64,000 nt of DNA, from the NCBI RefSeq assembly GCF_018350175.1, contig NC_058369.1, forward strand, positions 4,404,001-4,468,000, written 5' to 3'. Under the pieces are notes generated by a model. That model did no database searches. It saw nothing but the letters and a program-made list of their open reading frames with translations, and was not told where the DNA came from. The stretch comes from Felis catus (taxonomy: Eukaryota). Position numbers and translations under genes: made by a program. Below are positions 1-12,047 of the stretch, piece by piece (position 1 is the stretch's first letter; every line of letters starts with the position of its first letter).

Positions 1-1289
1 ATGTGTGCGGACAGAATGGTCTGTGTTCCTATTGCCGGGGTGGGGGGGGGGGGAAGGGGGGGATGGAGTGGCCTGAAGACCAGGCACTCTGGAATTTGTT
101 GTGTATTTTCTCTTAGTAAAGCTTTTTTTCTTTCTTTCTTTCTGAGAAAACAAAAACAAAACAAGACACGGGACGACGGACAGACGGACTGATATATATA
201 TCCTCGCGTCCCTGACTGAGAGATTGCAAATGCAAACGGGACGCAATACCGAAAAGGCTTACGTGCGAGGTTTTGCGCCCAGGCCAAAAGGCAGGGTGAG
301 CGAATCCACAGCGAGTCGCTGCCCCCCCCCCCCCCCCCCAGAGCTCAGCCTCGGGTCAGAAGGGCGGGAGCCGGCCACACAGAAAGTCAGGTCCCAGCGG
401 AGCCGCCTCCTTGGTCCCCCCTCGCCCCGACCCCTCTCCCCTTGGTGCCACGGGCCGAAGGCTTAGCTGCAAAGTCAGTGAGTAGTTCGCCAGCGTGGCA
501 GTGCCCTCTGACCCCAGGGTGCACCCTCCTCCCCGCCCTGAGCACCCCTGCCGCCGGGGCTCTGGACGCGGAGCCAGGTGAGGAGGGGCTGGCGTTTGAG
601 GGGGTCCTTTGAACCCTGAGCTTGTCTTCAGAAGACGTTCCCCCTCTGGAGCTGGCAGCCACTTTATCGAATGCGTGTCCGCCCCGCGGGACTGAGAACC
701 CCGGGCGGGTAGAGATGGAAGCCGCTCTGTCCACATCTGCACCCCAGAATCCTGACGATGCCTCAAGAGACACGGAGGCACGGGGGGGGGCCCCCCCGTG
801 TGCGGGAAGCCGAGGGCGAGGAGGCCGAAGACTTGTCTCTCCGCCACCCCGGGCAGGGGGGCGGGGGGCACACGGTGCCACGTCTGGGGGGTCCTCTGGG
901 GCCAGAGAGGGGGTGAGGCCAGACTCTGGGGGGTGGGCGGGACGGGGCACCGGCTCACGTGTGTGAGGGCACAGGACTGGCTCACACGTATGAGGAAGTG
1001 CCGGGAAGGATGCTCGCTTCACCTCGTCACTGCCCCCGGCCCCGTGTCGTTGACATTGGAAGTGGATCTTTTACTTGGGTTGGTATGTGGACGTTGACAT
1101 CAACGACGCATCGGTATCTCGACAACAAGTTCTTCCCAGGTCGACGTAACCCCAGAGAGAACGGACCCCACTAGCAGCCCCACAAAGAACGGTCAGTTAC
1201 ACTCTCCCTCTCTTTTGTGCTGAGGAGGTACCCCCAGGGAAGCCGTTTCAAGCGACCAATGACTCAAGTCATGAGGATGCTGAGAGAGG

Positions 1290-1486
1290 GCGCCATGGGG
1301 AAGCATTCTAGCGAGGGAACAGCCTGTGCAAAGGCTCTGGGGCGGCACCGGGCCTGGTGCAGTGGAGGAACAGTGAGGGGCCTGTGTGGGTGGAGACAGA
1401 AGGAGGAGGGGAGGGAGGGAACAGGGCAGGTCGGGCAGGGCCCCCGAGGCTGTTTCGATGACGCAGGCTTCTACTTGGGAATGTGA

Positions 1487-1520
<34 letters not shown>

Positions 1521-1790
1521 CCGGAGGCTTCTGAACAGAGAAGTGCCGCGATCTGACTCTGGTTCCAGTAGGACCACCCTCACGGCTGCTGCGAGAAGGG
1601 CCCGGAAGCTGGGCGAGGGCAGCGGCCGAGGGCTGGCTGGGTGGTGGCCGCGACACTCCACGGGAGAGACGGTGGTGGCGGGGGTGGCGGGGGGGGGGGA
1701 GGGGGAGGAGGGGGGCTGTGGTGGAGGAGGAGGGAGAAGTGGTCTGATTCTGGATCTTCCCGAAGGTGAGGTCAAGAGCATCTGGCGGGG
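1290..1790 (-). mobile_element. L2 LINE fragment, degraded, interrupted by a poly-G run
   Basis: L2-typical text gggaagcattctagcgagggaacagcctgtgcaaaggc ... gagaagtggtctgattctgga. Confidence 0.6.
1488..1518 (+). repeat. Poly-G homopolymer (31 G)
   Basis: Direct reading. Confidence 0.9.
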
Positions 1791-4645
1791 GGGGGGGGTG
1801 TTGGGGAGGAGGGTGGGAAGCAAGGGTGCCCCGCAGCAGAGGGCGGGGGGCACAGGGGTCGGGGCGGTCAGGGCTCCGCTTGGGACGCACGGTGCTGGGC
1901 CCCAAGCCGCAGGCGGGTCCTGGAGGGGGAGCTTCGGGAGAGGCCGGGGTCGGGGGGGCGGGGGTGCCTGCTGGGAAACAGCCTTTCCCCCAGGGAGCCA
2001 GGGTGGGGTCAGCAAGCCGATTCTAGCCAAGCCCCAAGCCTGGCCTGCAAGGTAAGCCTGGTCGTCACACGGGCCTGCAGTCGACCACCAGCTGACGGCC
2101 AAGCGCCCTTTGACGATCTGTTTCTCCGTTAAAAAAAAAAAAAAGTCACATACTCTGAATACACTCAATCTAACAACAGGTCCTCCTCCCAGGGTTGGAA
2201 ACTAACAGCTCACTGCAGGGGACCACGGCTGTCCCCACAGGACAGTGACTGAGCCACCGGTGGGGGGAGGGGTCCCTGAGTGGGGGGTGTTGTTCTGTGT
2301 GGGGATCTGGCTGAGGGGCAGCCCCGGGAGGAGCCCAGGCCCCTCCCCTGCTCGAGGAGGGGGACTCGACCCCAAGTTCCTCTCCCGGGGCCAGGCACAC
2401 GGGGGGGGGGGGGGGGCGCTGCCTCCAAGCGGTGGCTGCGGGTGGGGAAGGCGTTTCCGCCCCCAGGGCCCCGCTCCACGTCCTTGGAAACAGCTCTCCC
2501 ACGTTTCCCGCCACTAGATCTGCCCGCCCCCAGCTCAGAGACCGCTTGAGGCCCCCCCCTCCTCCCGTGGGCCTTTCAGGCCCAGGCTGGAAAGTTCCTT
2601 GCACCTGCACACCCCCTGGTCGCGGCCCCTTCAGGGCATCTTGGGGAGCTCCAGGGACCGCGGCACTGGCTGCGTGTGGAAGGCGCTGTCCAGCCTCCCA
2701 GGCTCGGGGCACCTCGCCCGCCCCGCCCAGCCTACGACGGCGCTTCGAGAAGCCAACTCTGCGGAGCGTGACAACCAGTTCCGGCTGAGGACTCCCACGG
2801 CGGGACTGTGGGCACGCTCACGTGTCACCTGGGCGCACGTTCTCACACACGCTTGGCCACTGTGCTCCCTGGAGTGAGATTCCCTTGTTCCTTCTGCTTC
2901 CTACTCAAGCATGGGTCTGGTGGGGGTGGGACGGCACGACCCAGGCTTTCCGACAGGGGTCGGCTGGGAGGCCGCCAGGAAAGCGGGTCCGTGGGGCCCA
3001 GCCCTCAACCAGACTCCTATGCGCCGGGGCCGGGCTGGCAAAGGAGCGGGACTCGGCCAGCGTCGCCCAACACAAGAGCGCCGTGGGCCGCAGGCGGCGG
3101 CGGTGACAACCATCGTGAGCGAGCGTGGGACACACGGGCCCCACCTATCGGCCGGGACACGTTCCCTCCCTCCCTCCCTCCGGCTCTCACATTTCCCGGG
3201 ATGAGCTCTAGGTGGGTCTCTCACTCCCGTGTGTGTGGCTGAATCTTCAGAAAGATCTTATTTCTAGTCTCTGCTTCTAGGCCGCCAAGCCCACACCCTG
3301 CTTCTCGCAGCGCCTGATGCCCGAACGAGACTCAACGACACACGGCCAGGGAGGCACCGACGCGGGGGCGGGTTTCCTGCTGGGAAACCGACGGGCAGGG
3401 AAGCAGTCAAAGCAGCCTCCTTCCAAAGGAAGTGTTAGAAGCCGGAAGCACCCCTGCGGCCAGAGACAAGCGGCTCACGCATGTCCCCCCAACATTTCAA
3501 ATCCCCCTGCGAACCCTGCCTGCCCGGGGCTCGCGCCCCGTACGCTGCCTTCCGCGGGGCCGACCCGGCGCTGGGCCGGCAGGCCGAGTCACGGCCACGC
3601 GTGTTCGCGTCGGGGCCCTGCTGAACAGGGCTGCCGTTGCGCAGCCTTGGCCACGTGGTGCCTTCCGAGTTGCAGACCGAGGGGTCTTCTCCCCCAGCTC
3701 GTCTGCAGATGCTCCCCTCGCCAGGTCTGCCCGCAGGGCTGACGTCATCCACCAGGAATGGGCGACAGGGAGGGCGGGAGCCACCTGCTCTGGGAGTGGG
3801 GGACACTCAGCAGGGTCCTGACGCTTCGATGCACTTACAGCTTCAAGACAGCGGGTGTGAGGCTGCTCTTCCTTCCCGTGACCGGCCCTCTGAGGCCCTC
3901 GTCACGCGTCCCTGGGGCGGCACAGCGCACCCGTGCCGAGCCACCAACCTGGAAGTGTCTGCACCTTCCCCGAGCGCGGTTTCCGCCCCACAATCACTGC
4001 CCTTTCTCGTGCCCTGTGTGAATGTCGGCCACGACCAGAGTCTTGATGGGGTCGTAGTTAGGCAATAAAGACTCTTAGCCGGTCACCTCTGCCAGTCCCG
4101 TCCCGCCCCGCGCAGCTGCCCAGGGACAGGGACACTGGCTGTCTCCTGGCGAACAACCTGCCATCTCGGTTTCCCCGGAGGGAGGCGAGGGAGGAAGACC
4201 CTACGCAGTTAGAACAGGCAGACGTTTGCTGGTGTGCACTTTTCTCAAATTGCCTGTTGGTTTGTTTTCCCCCCAAAAAGACGATCGCAGAAAATGCAGC
4301 TAAGAGTCACGGTGGCACCCGCTTCTCCTGTTGTGGCCGCCGCCGCTCTTTGTGTCACTTTACTGGTTCTGCCTCTTCCCTGCCAGGCACTCGGGGAGTT
4401 GCGGCACGCGTGTCACACGCGTGAGTCCCACCGCCCGCCAGAAGGGGTGGGTGCTGTCACCAGCTGCCTTGGCCAGTGGGGACTCCTCTCCCTCACGCGG
4501 GTGAAAGGCATTCTGGCCGGATGTGGAACCCTAGACTGGTGGCCCCCCTATCTCTCGTGTCACGTCACGGTCTTCGCTGGCTTTTAAACTGTCTGTGAAG
4601 GTCACGAGCGCGGCAGGGCAGACTGCCACATCGACACACACTTAC

Positions 4646-4720
4646 GTGGCTGTTGAGTAAACCGCTTTTGTGTGAGGCGATCCCTTCGCTTTTTTGGAGG
4701 TTTTCAATCGCCATTTCAAG
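4646..4720 (-). CDS. RFX2: RFX2 75-nt exon, LEMAIENLQKSEGIASHKSGLLNSH, immediately N-terminal to the DBD
   Basis: Not in the ORF track; read by hand. Acceptor ttttctttag|CTT, donor CAC|gtaagt, phase 0/0. Confidence 0.93.
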
Positions 4721-6772
4721 CTAAAGAAAATGTGTGCAGAAACAAACAAAAACAAAACAAAATGGAAAAAAAAAAAAAAGGAAATCAGATGGTTAGCATC
4801 AGCCAAGATTTGTTTTTATTAATATCCAAATAATGATTTAAGCGCCTACAAAATAAAAACCAGGCTGGACGCAGGCGGGGGGACGGTTAAGTTGTGAGTT
4901 CAAGCTGCGGCCGGGACTGTTATTCCTGCCATGCAGGCGAGCCGGGGGGCGGGGAGCACAGGCAGCAGGATGAGTCGTGCTGTGAATGCTGGCGATTGCG
5001 TTGTAACACAACATGTGCACACGCGGAGCACGAACGCTGAGCCGAGGCATAAGTTCACGTATAAGCAAAGCCAGCACCATAATTGCCCGCTGCTCCCCTG
5101 GACCCGTCATCGTCATCGGTTGCCAGGGAGAATCAGCTGTCTACCCAAGGGCGGCCAGCGGCGCTGACTTCCTGGCCAGCCTGTCCTGTCACAGAGCTCA
5201 GAGCCTCCCTCCTGGACGCGCCAGGAAGATAGCCACGAGGCCGGAGACCCTGGCCCTGCCATCGGGAGGCGTAGGGGCCACCGGGCATGTCAGAGAGATA
5301 AGCTCCTGAATGTTGAATGAAGCGTGAGCTGGGCAGAGAGGGTTATACAGGAAGGAGAACGGGTCGCAGGGGGACGTCACGTGAAGCTAACAGTGCGCCT
5401 TCCTGGGGGAAGGGGCTTCTGAGTTGGGTCCCGAGGACTTCCTGGAGGCAGGGAGCTGAGGTGGTGCAGTGGGTCGACGCACAGGAGGAGACAGCCGGTT
5501 GTGGGCGGCTCCCACCACATCTGTCCGTGCTGAATGTGACTTGTGCACGTCAAACGGAAACTGAAAATCTGCCGGAGGCCACCACGCAGGCCGAGGACTG
5601 CAATGGAAGGAAGTAAACCTAATGCGCTGACTTTCCTCAAACACGCACGGAAGGCAGACCTCAGTGATGCTTGGGCAGAGAGCAGGGGGAACACGTATTT
5701 TGGAAAGCACAGCCGGACGGGGCTCCTGGGGCTGAGTGCGGGAGCAAGAGGGTTACTGCTTTGCCCATCACCTCTTTTGACCGCTGTGTGTGTGTGTCCG
5801 CTGTCCTCACTGTTACCCAACACTGTGCCGGACGTTCTGGCCGGGGGGTCAGGCAACAGTGAGGAACCAAAGGCATCCGTATTGGAAAGGAAGAAGTAAC
5901 GTGCGGATAACATGATCTTAAATACCGAAAATCCTGAGGGACCCACCAAAGCACCGTTAATGCTGATAAACAACCCAGCAGAGTTGCAGGTTCCAAGATC
6001 AATGCCCACAGATCGGTTCTGTCTCAACAGTGAACAACAGGCGAACGAAATAAAGAAACAATCCCGTTTGCAGTAACGTCAAAGAAAATCCAATACCTGG
6101 GAATGAATTTAACCAACAAGGTAAAGCATTTGTACGTTAAACTATAAAACGTTGTTGAATGAAGTTAAAGACCTAAATAAGCAGAAGACATCCTATATTC
6201 ACGGGCTGGAAGACTTAATATGTAGATGGCAATACTCTCCAGGTTGATCTATAGACTCCAAGCAATCCTTATGAAAATCCTCTATTAAACTTCTGACTGC
6301 TTTTTCAGAAACAGACAAGATGATCGTAAAATTCGTATGGCATTGCGAGGGACCCCGGATAGCCAAAACAATCTTGAAAAAGAAGGACACAGTTGGAAGG
6401 TTCACGTTTCCCAGTTTCAAAACCTACTACAAAGTTACAGTATTGGGATAAGGAGAGACATCTAGGTAGACGCATATAGACCAGTGGGGTGGAATCAAAC
6501 TTCCAGGAAGAGTCCCATATATCTGTGGTCAACTGAGTTTTGACGAGGGTGTCAAGAGCATTGAACAGAGAGAGTAAACTTCCGAACAAGTGGGTTTCCA
6601 CCGGCAAATGACTGAAGTTGGCCCCCACCTCACAATATATACAAAAACAACTAAAAAATGAATCAAAGAGCTAAATGTAAGAGACACAACTGTAAAACTC
6701 TCAGAGGAAAATATAAGGTAGTCACGTACAATAAGTTTATCTTCATGACCTTGGATTTGGCAATGGATTTTT

Positions 6773-6783
6773 AAAATTTTTGT

Positions 6784-6826
<43 letters not shown>

Positions 6827-7018
6827 TTTTTGAGACAGAGACAGAGCATGAGTGCGGGGGGGGGGGTGCAGACAGAGAGGGAGACACAGAATCCGAAGCA
6901 GGCTCCAGGCTCTGAGCTGTCAGCCCAGAGCCCGACGCGGGGCTCGAACTCACGGACCGCGAGATCATGACCTGAGCCGAAGTCAGACCCTTAACTGACT
7001 GAGCCACCCAGGCACCCC
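6773..7018 (-). mobile_element. CAN-SINE (SINEC_Fc-type) with (TTTA)n tail
   Basis: Reverse complement of ggggtgcctgggtggctcag. TSD tggcaatgga(t/g)tttt at 6758 and 7019. Confidence 0.92.
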
Positions 7019-7974
7019 TGGCAATGGAGTTTTAGATATGACGCTAAAAGCACAAACAAAAGATTAAAAAAAAAATTCTTTACAAAGATAAATGGGACTT
7101 TATCCCACAGGATGGGAGAACGTATTTGCAAACCATATTTCTGATAAGGGTCTCGTATTCAGAATGTATAAAGGACTGTCACAACCCAACAACAAAATGG
7201 CAAACGACTCAATTAAGACATGGGCAAAGGACTCGAACAGACCTGTCTGCAGGAGGCACATGGGAAGATACCGAGCATCATTAGTCACTAGGGAAACACA
7301 AGCCCAAACCACGGTGACACAGCACTTCCACACGCACTGGTACGGCTACTAGAAAAGAAAGAAAGAAAAGAGAAAGGACCCTCACACGTGGCCGGTGGAA
7401 TGCAAAACGGTACAGCTGCTGTGGAAAACAGGCCGGTAGTTCCTCAAAAAGTTACACGGAAACTCAGTTGAACTATTACGGCTCAGCAATTCCACTCCTG
7501 GGTACACAAATGTCTGTAGCGGCATCATTCATGATGGCAAAAAAAAAAAAAAAAGGAAAAATCCGAGTGTGGGTCACAGACGACTGCACATGTGCATCCA
7601 ACGTGGTATATCTATACAACGGAATGTTCCTCGTGCACAAAAAGGAATGAGGTAGTGATACACGTTTACAATGCGGATGGGCCTCAAAAGCGTGATGCTC
7701 AGAGAGAGAGGCCGGTCACGAAAGCCCAGGTAGCGTATGATTCCATTTATGTGAAATGTCCAGAACAGGCAAATCCACCGGGACAGAAAGCAGACTAGGC
7801 TGGAGGAGGAGGGAGCGGGGGCGGGGGAGGTGACTGCCGATTGGTCAGGGTTACCAGTTGACAGCGTGTTTCCTTCTAGGGTGATGAGAATGTTCTAGAA
7901 CTACTAGATAAAGTTAATGGTTGTACGGCATTGTGACTGTACTAAATGCCATTGAATCGTACACTCAAAAAAAA

Positions 7975-8194
7975 TTTTTTTTAACGTTTATTTACTTTTG
8001 AGAGAGAGACAGGCAAAGCGTGAGTGGGGGAGAGGCAGAGAGAGAGGGAGACACGGAATCGGAAGCAGGCTCCTTCCAGGCTCCGGGCTGTCAGCAGAGT
8101 CTGGCGCGAGGCTGGAGCCCACGAACCGTGAGATCGTGACCTGAGCCAAAGTCGGAAGCTTAACGGACTGAGCCCCCCCCCCCCACCGCGCCCC
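7975..8194 (-). mobile_element. CAN-SINE
   Basis: Typical body, (GA)n segment and T-rich tail on the + strand. Confidence 0.9.
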
Positions 8195-8289
8195 TGCATT
8201 GTATACTTTTAAATGGTTAAAAAGATGCATTTTATGTTACATGAATTTTACCTTGATTTAAAAAAATATACAACCAATTAAAAAACCTA

Positions 8290-9135
8290 TTGTTCTCTTG
8301 CGATTTGAATGGTCTTTTGCCCACGTGTATGGTTTTTGTAACATCACACACTGGTCACGTGGAAAATATTGGCTCACCGAGTTTCCGGATGTTCCACATG
8401 ATGATGCGCTTCACGAAACGCTATTGAAAATCGCATTTGTTATTATCACTACCAAGCTCATCAGGAGGATACCAGGTTTTCAAAATTCGAAGTTTTCTTT
8501 TTTTGGTTGAAAATTTACTGGCAACCAAATTAATCCCCCCCCCCCCCGGACCCATCCGCCTCGTGCTCTCCTTTTTGAGAAAAATGCCTGCCAAATCCTC
8601 AAGTCTGAAAACTCATCATTTGTCTGTTGTTCCTTCAAGCAAACACTGTATTTCGTGACACAAGTGGCTGCTGCAGCTCACAGTCATCTGCCCGGCGGCT
8701 CTTCCTTAGCACAGTCATCACACTTTGGCAGCAGAAGTGCCTTTTGTCACCCAGAATATTAGAAAGGACTGGGGTTTCATACAGTGACTGTTTGCTGCTT
8801 CACCAAGGACCTTAGGTGAACTGTAACAGCAAGTTGCGCTACGGAATTCGCTGCCTCTCTTCTCTTTTTCACTGTGAGCACAGGGTGGTGCGGCAGCCGG
8901 AAGCCGGTGGCTTCTGGGAGAGTCTGACGCCTCCGCCTGGCTCCGCGCCTGCGTTTGTGCCCCGGGGGCGCATCGATGTTGATTTTGCACAATCAGTGCA
9001 AACCTCAGCACAGGGAGAGCTGGCGACAGGCTGATGGCTTAGTATTATTATGAAAACCGTTCTGACCCGGTGGGCCCCCCGGGGCCGGTCTTGGGGACAC
9101 CCAGAAGAGTGCCAGACGTCTTGAGGGCTGCCTGC
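8290..9135 (-). mobile_element. hAT-Charlie DNA transposon fossil (Charlie1-like)
   Basis: ttttgcacaatcagtgcaaac...cttagtattattatgaaaaccgttctgacc resembles the recalled Charlie1 terminus. Confidence 0.55.
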
Positions 9136-9333
9136 TAAAAACTGTAGAGCTACGAGTGAGTATCGAGTATCGTGGAAAAGCACACAAATTAAGGCTTGCT
9201 GCGGAAGACCATCCTGAAGAACCCATAGCTATTAAATAGGGTCCGCTCAAGCCCACGGGTGCAGAGAATTAATTTAATGCACAGTGGAACCTCCCCCAGG
9301 TGTTCGTTGTATTTTGAAATCAAAAGGACAGTT

Positions 9334-9540
9334 GGGGTGTCTGGATGGCTCAGCCCGTTGAGCATCTGACCCTTGATTTCGGCTCAGGTCACGATCGGAG
9401 GCTCGTGGGATCGAGCCCTACATCAGGCACCGCGCTGAGCTCGGAGGCTGCTCGAGATTCTCTCTTTCTCCCTCAGTCTCTGTCCCTCCCCTGCTCGTGC
9501 TCTCTCTCTCAAAATAAATAAATAAACATTAAAATAAAAT
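9334..9540 (+). mobile_element. CAN-SINE (diverged)
   Basis: ggggtgtctggatggctcag head, (CT)n segment, A-rich tail. Confidence 0.88.
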
Positions 9541-9669
9541 TACGACGTCGGGTAAACATCAGAAGGCGATAAAGAAGGTAAGGAGCCCCCCCCCCCCCCC
9601 CCCCCCCACCAAGGCCAGAGGGGGAGGTTAACGCCCGGCAGGCAGCACTGGAGGCGCAGTGCGCACGCC

Positions 9670-9688
9670 GGTCCAGCAGAGGGCGCTG
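9670..9688 (+). promoter_or_regulatory. CTCF binding motif
   Basis: GGTCCAGCAGAGGGCGCTG closely matches core CCASYAGRKGGCRS, inside a CpG-rich patch. Confidence 0.7.
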
Positions 9689-11039
9689 CGGCGCCACCTC
9701 CCAGCCCCGCGCGGGCGGCCCTGCGGGCATCTGGGGAAAAGGAGCATCTCGCTGTCGCGGCCCGAGTCTTCCTCGCACACCTGCCGGGGCGACTCTCGCT
9801 GCACAAGCACAAACGCCTTATCCGGTCCGCTCAGTGGCTGGCGAAGTTAGTGTCTACTCTCTGAATACGCTTAACGTAGAGGCTAATTTTATGTTTGCCT
9901 GGAGTTTAATCTTCAGTAAGGAGGGGCCAAGGGTGGCCTCCGTGGAGCCCCACCCCGCCCGGGGCCCAGGCAGCTTTCCCTAAAATCATCTGTTTTTTGA
10001 ACTCCCAGCACTTTCCTTCCATCTTGGTATTGTGCATATGCGGATGCGTCCATTTCTTGATTCCTCGGGGGCTTAATTTTTATTTTTGGTTCGGCGTAAT
10101 GCAGCACATGCTCCTTTTGACTGGCCCCCTAAACATCATTTTTTCTGCTACGTGAATTATTAACAGAATGCCAGGGGAAAAGGACACATGCTTTAAGGGC
10201 TTGTTCAGAAGGAGGGCAGAAAAAATACATAAGGCTTCGCGATCAAAGATAAAAGAACCTGCCGTAAGAGCAGGTAGCGGTCAAGTTTTAACAGTTCCCG
10301 AGTGTATTAAAATAAGCCAATTATTTAGAAAATTCCTGTCCTCTCATGTGTAATCCTAGCAAGATTCTTCCTGATTCAAAGACTGTACTGGTGCCTCCTA
10401 AGGAGGCATGAGTGGAGGTTCGTGAGTGTATGCCCACGTGGCCATTCCACTTCTAACAAAATAATCTCGTTAAAAGGACCTGCCGGGATAGGGGTCACCC
10501 CTACCAAGGGCCAGCAATGGCCAGCGTTGAAGTGGCCCCGGCATCTCCAGACGGGTCTGCCCAAATCTGACATCAGGACCATGCCTCCGGGGGGTTCCCT
10601 GGAAAGGCCAGGGAGGAGTGGGGACGGGACAGGAAGGCGTTAACCCTGCATCCTCAAATGTAGCCCAGTTATGTGACCATGGACGGAGGAGATCAAAGTT
10701 TAAATGCTTTAGGAGCAACCCTTTTGAATGAATCTCTAAAGAAAATGGAGAGTCGTTTAAAAGGAAGAGACACCGTTGGACTTTTGAGGGCAAGGATATA
10801 AAGCCCAGAATTCTGCCTGCAGAAAGGATACGGGGCCCACAGTGAAGGGCCAGGTGGGAACGTGGAGAGAATTTGGGGCTCACCGCTGGGGAAGGAGGAG
10901 GCTGGCCTGGGGGGAAACAGGGCATTTTGAATCCGTTTGTCCATTTTTATTTTGCTCATTAAACATGTTAAAAACATGTAAGTAATATTATACATGCTTG
11001 CCGTACAAAACTCTGATTATGCCAGAGATGGTCTCCACT

Positions 11040-11202
11040 TAGGGCCAGGACGGCGGTGGGGCCACAAGGTGCCCCGGGCACCAACCTTAAGGAGGCGCTC
11101 ATTCTCAAGATCCTGTCGGGGCAAGGTTGGCACGTGGGGGTGAGCGCCTCCTTAAATTTGGTGCCCTGGACACCTGGCCTGGCCCATCCCATTCTAGCCC
11201 TG
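11040..11202. mobile_element. Palindromic hAT MITE (MER96-like)
   Basis: Perfect 15-bp inverted repeat ttaaggaggcgctca (11087-11101) / tgagcgcctccttaa (11141-11155). Termini agggc.../...gccctg. Confidence 0.7.
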
Positions 11203-11427
11203 CCTCAACTTCTCCCCGGCACCCGACTTCCCTACGTGGGAGGAGAGGCCTTCACCAATAGCCTGGCGTGGGTCCTTTCAGGTGCATTATATCGGACGCA
11301 CATTTCATTTAATGTTTTTTTTGGGGGGGGTTGTGTTAGTTGGGGCTGTGTTAGGTATTCAGCTCTGCTTATCTGCATTTACCACTTAATCTTTTGTGAT
11401 TACCTCTCTGAGGCAGTTGTTATACAT

Positions 11428-11647
11428 CAAGGGCCGGCAAGCTTTTTCTATAAAGGGCCAGACAGTGACCGTTCTGGGTTTTGTGGGCCAGTCTCTGTCC
11501 GCAGCCACTCAGCTCTGTCCTAGGAGCTGGAAAGCAGCCACAGACCAGCGAAGGAATGGGCGTGGCTGCGTGCCAATAAAACTTTGTTTAGAAAACCAGG
11601 CAGCTGGCTGGATTTGGCTTTGGAGCTGTGGTCTGCTGCTCCCCCTG
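11428..11647 (+). mobile_element. MER58A-like hAT-Charlie element
   Basis: gggccggcaagctttttctataaagggccaga...gccaataaaactttgttta. Confidence 0.75.
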
Positions 11648-11840
11648 CCCCATAATTCTACCAAGAATTACACATTATGGGTGTTTTAGACTACTGTTAA
11701 GCTGTTTTTTTGTGAACGACATGGGTATAGAGGTGATGGTGGTGTGGTATTGTGAGTGATTCCGTATTCCAAAGTGGTTAATCTTATGTGACGGAAATTT
11801 TGCCTTAAGAAAAAATTAAAAAATAAAAATAAATAAGATA

Positions 11841-12047
11841 GGGGCACCTGGATGGCTTAGTTGGGTAAGCATCCCACTCTTGATTTCTGCTCAGGCCATG
11901 ATCTCACGGTTCGTGGTTCGAGCCCTGCTTCCGGCTCTGCACTCACAGTGCGGAGCCTGCTTGGGAGTCTCTCTCTCCCTCCCTCTCCCTGCCCCTGCCC
12001 TGCTGGCACTCTCCTCCTCACTCTCTTTCAAAAATAAATGAACTTTA
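11841..12047 (+). mobile_element. CAN-SINE
   Basis: ggggcacctggatggcttag head. Confidence 0.88.

Larger units (their letters stand above)
6025..8270 (+). mobile_element. Old L1 (L1M/L1MB-type): ORF2 3' remnants plus 3'UTR, interrupted by two SINEs
   Basis: aatacctgggaatgaatttaacc..., gcaaaccatatttctgataaggg..., ggtgatgagaatgttctagaact... and A-rich end near 8265. Confidence 0.8.

Noticed and set aside
356..3821. Many overlapping 100-286 aa ORFs on both strands
   Set aside because: Pro/Gly/Arg-rich products of GC-rich, stop-poor sequence, poly-G runs and an L2 fragment; no recognisable domain or exon structure.
1..4645. Next RFX2 exon (DNA-binding domain, LQWLLDNYE...)
   Set aside because: Looked for on the minus strand and not found; presumably left of the window.
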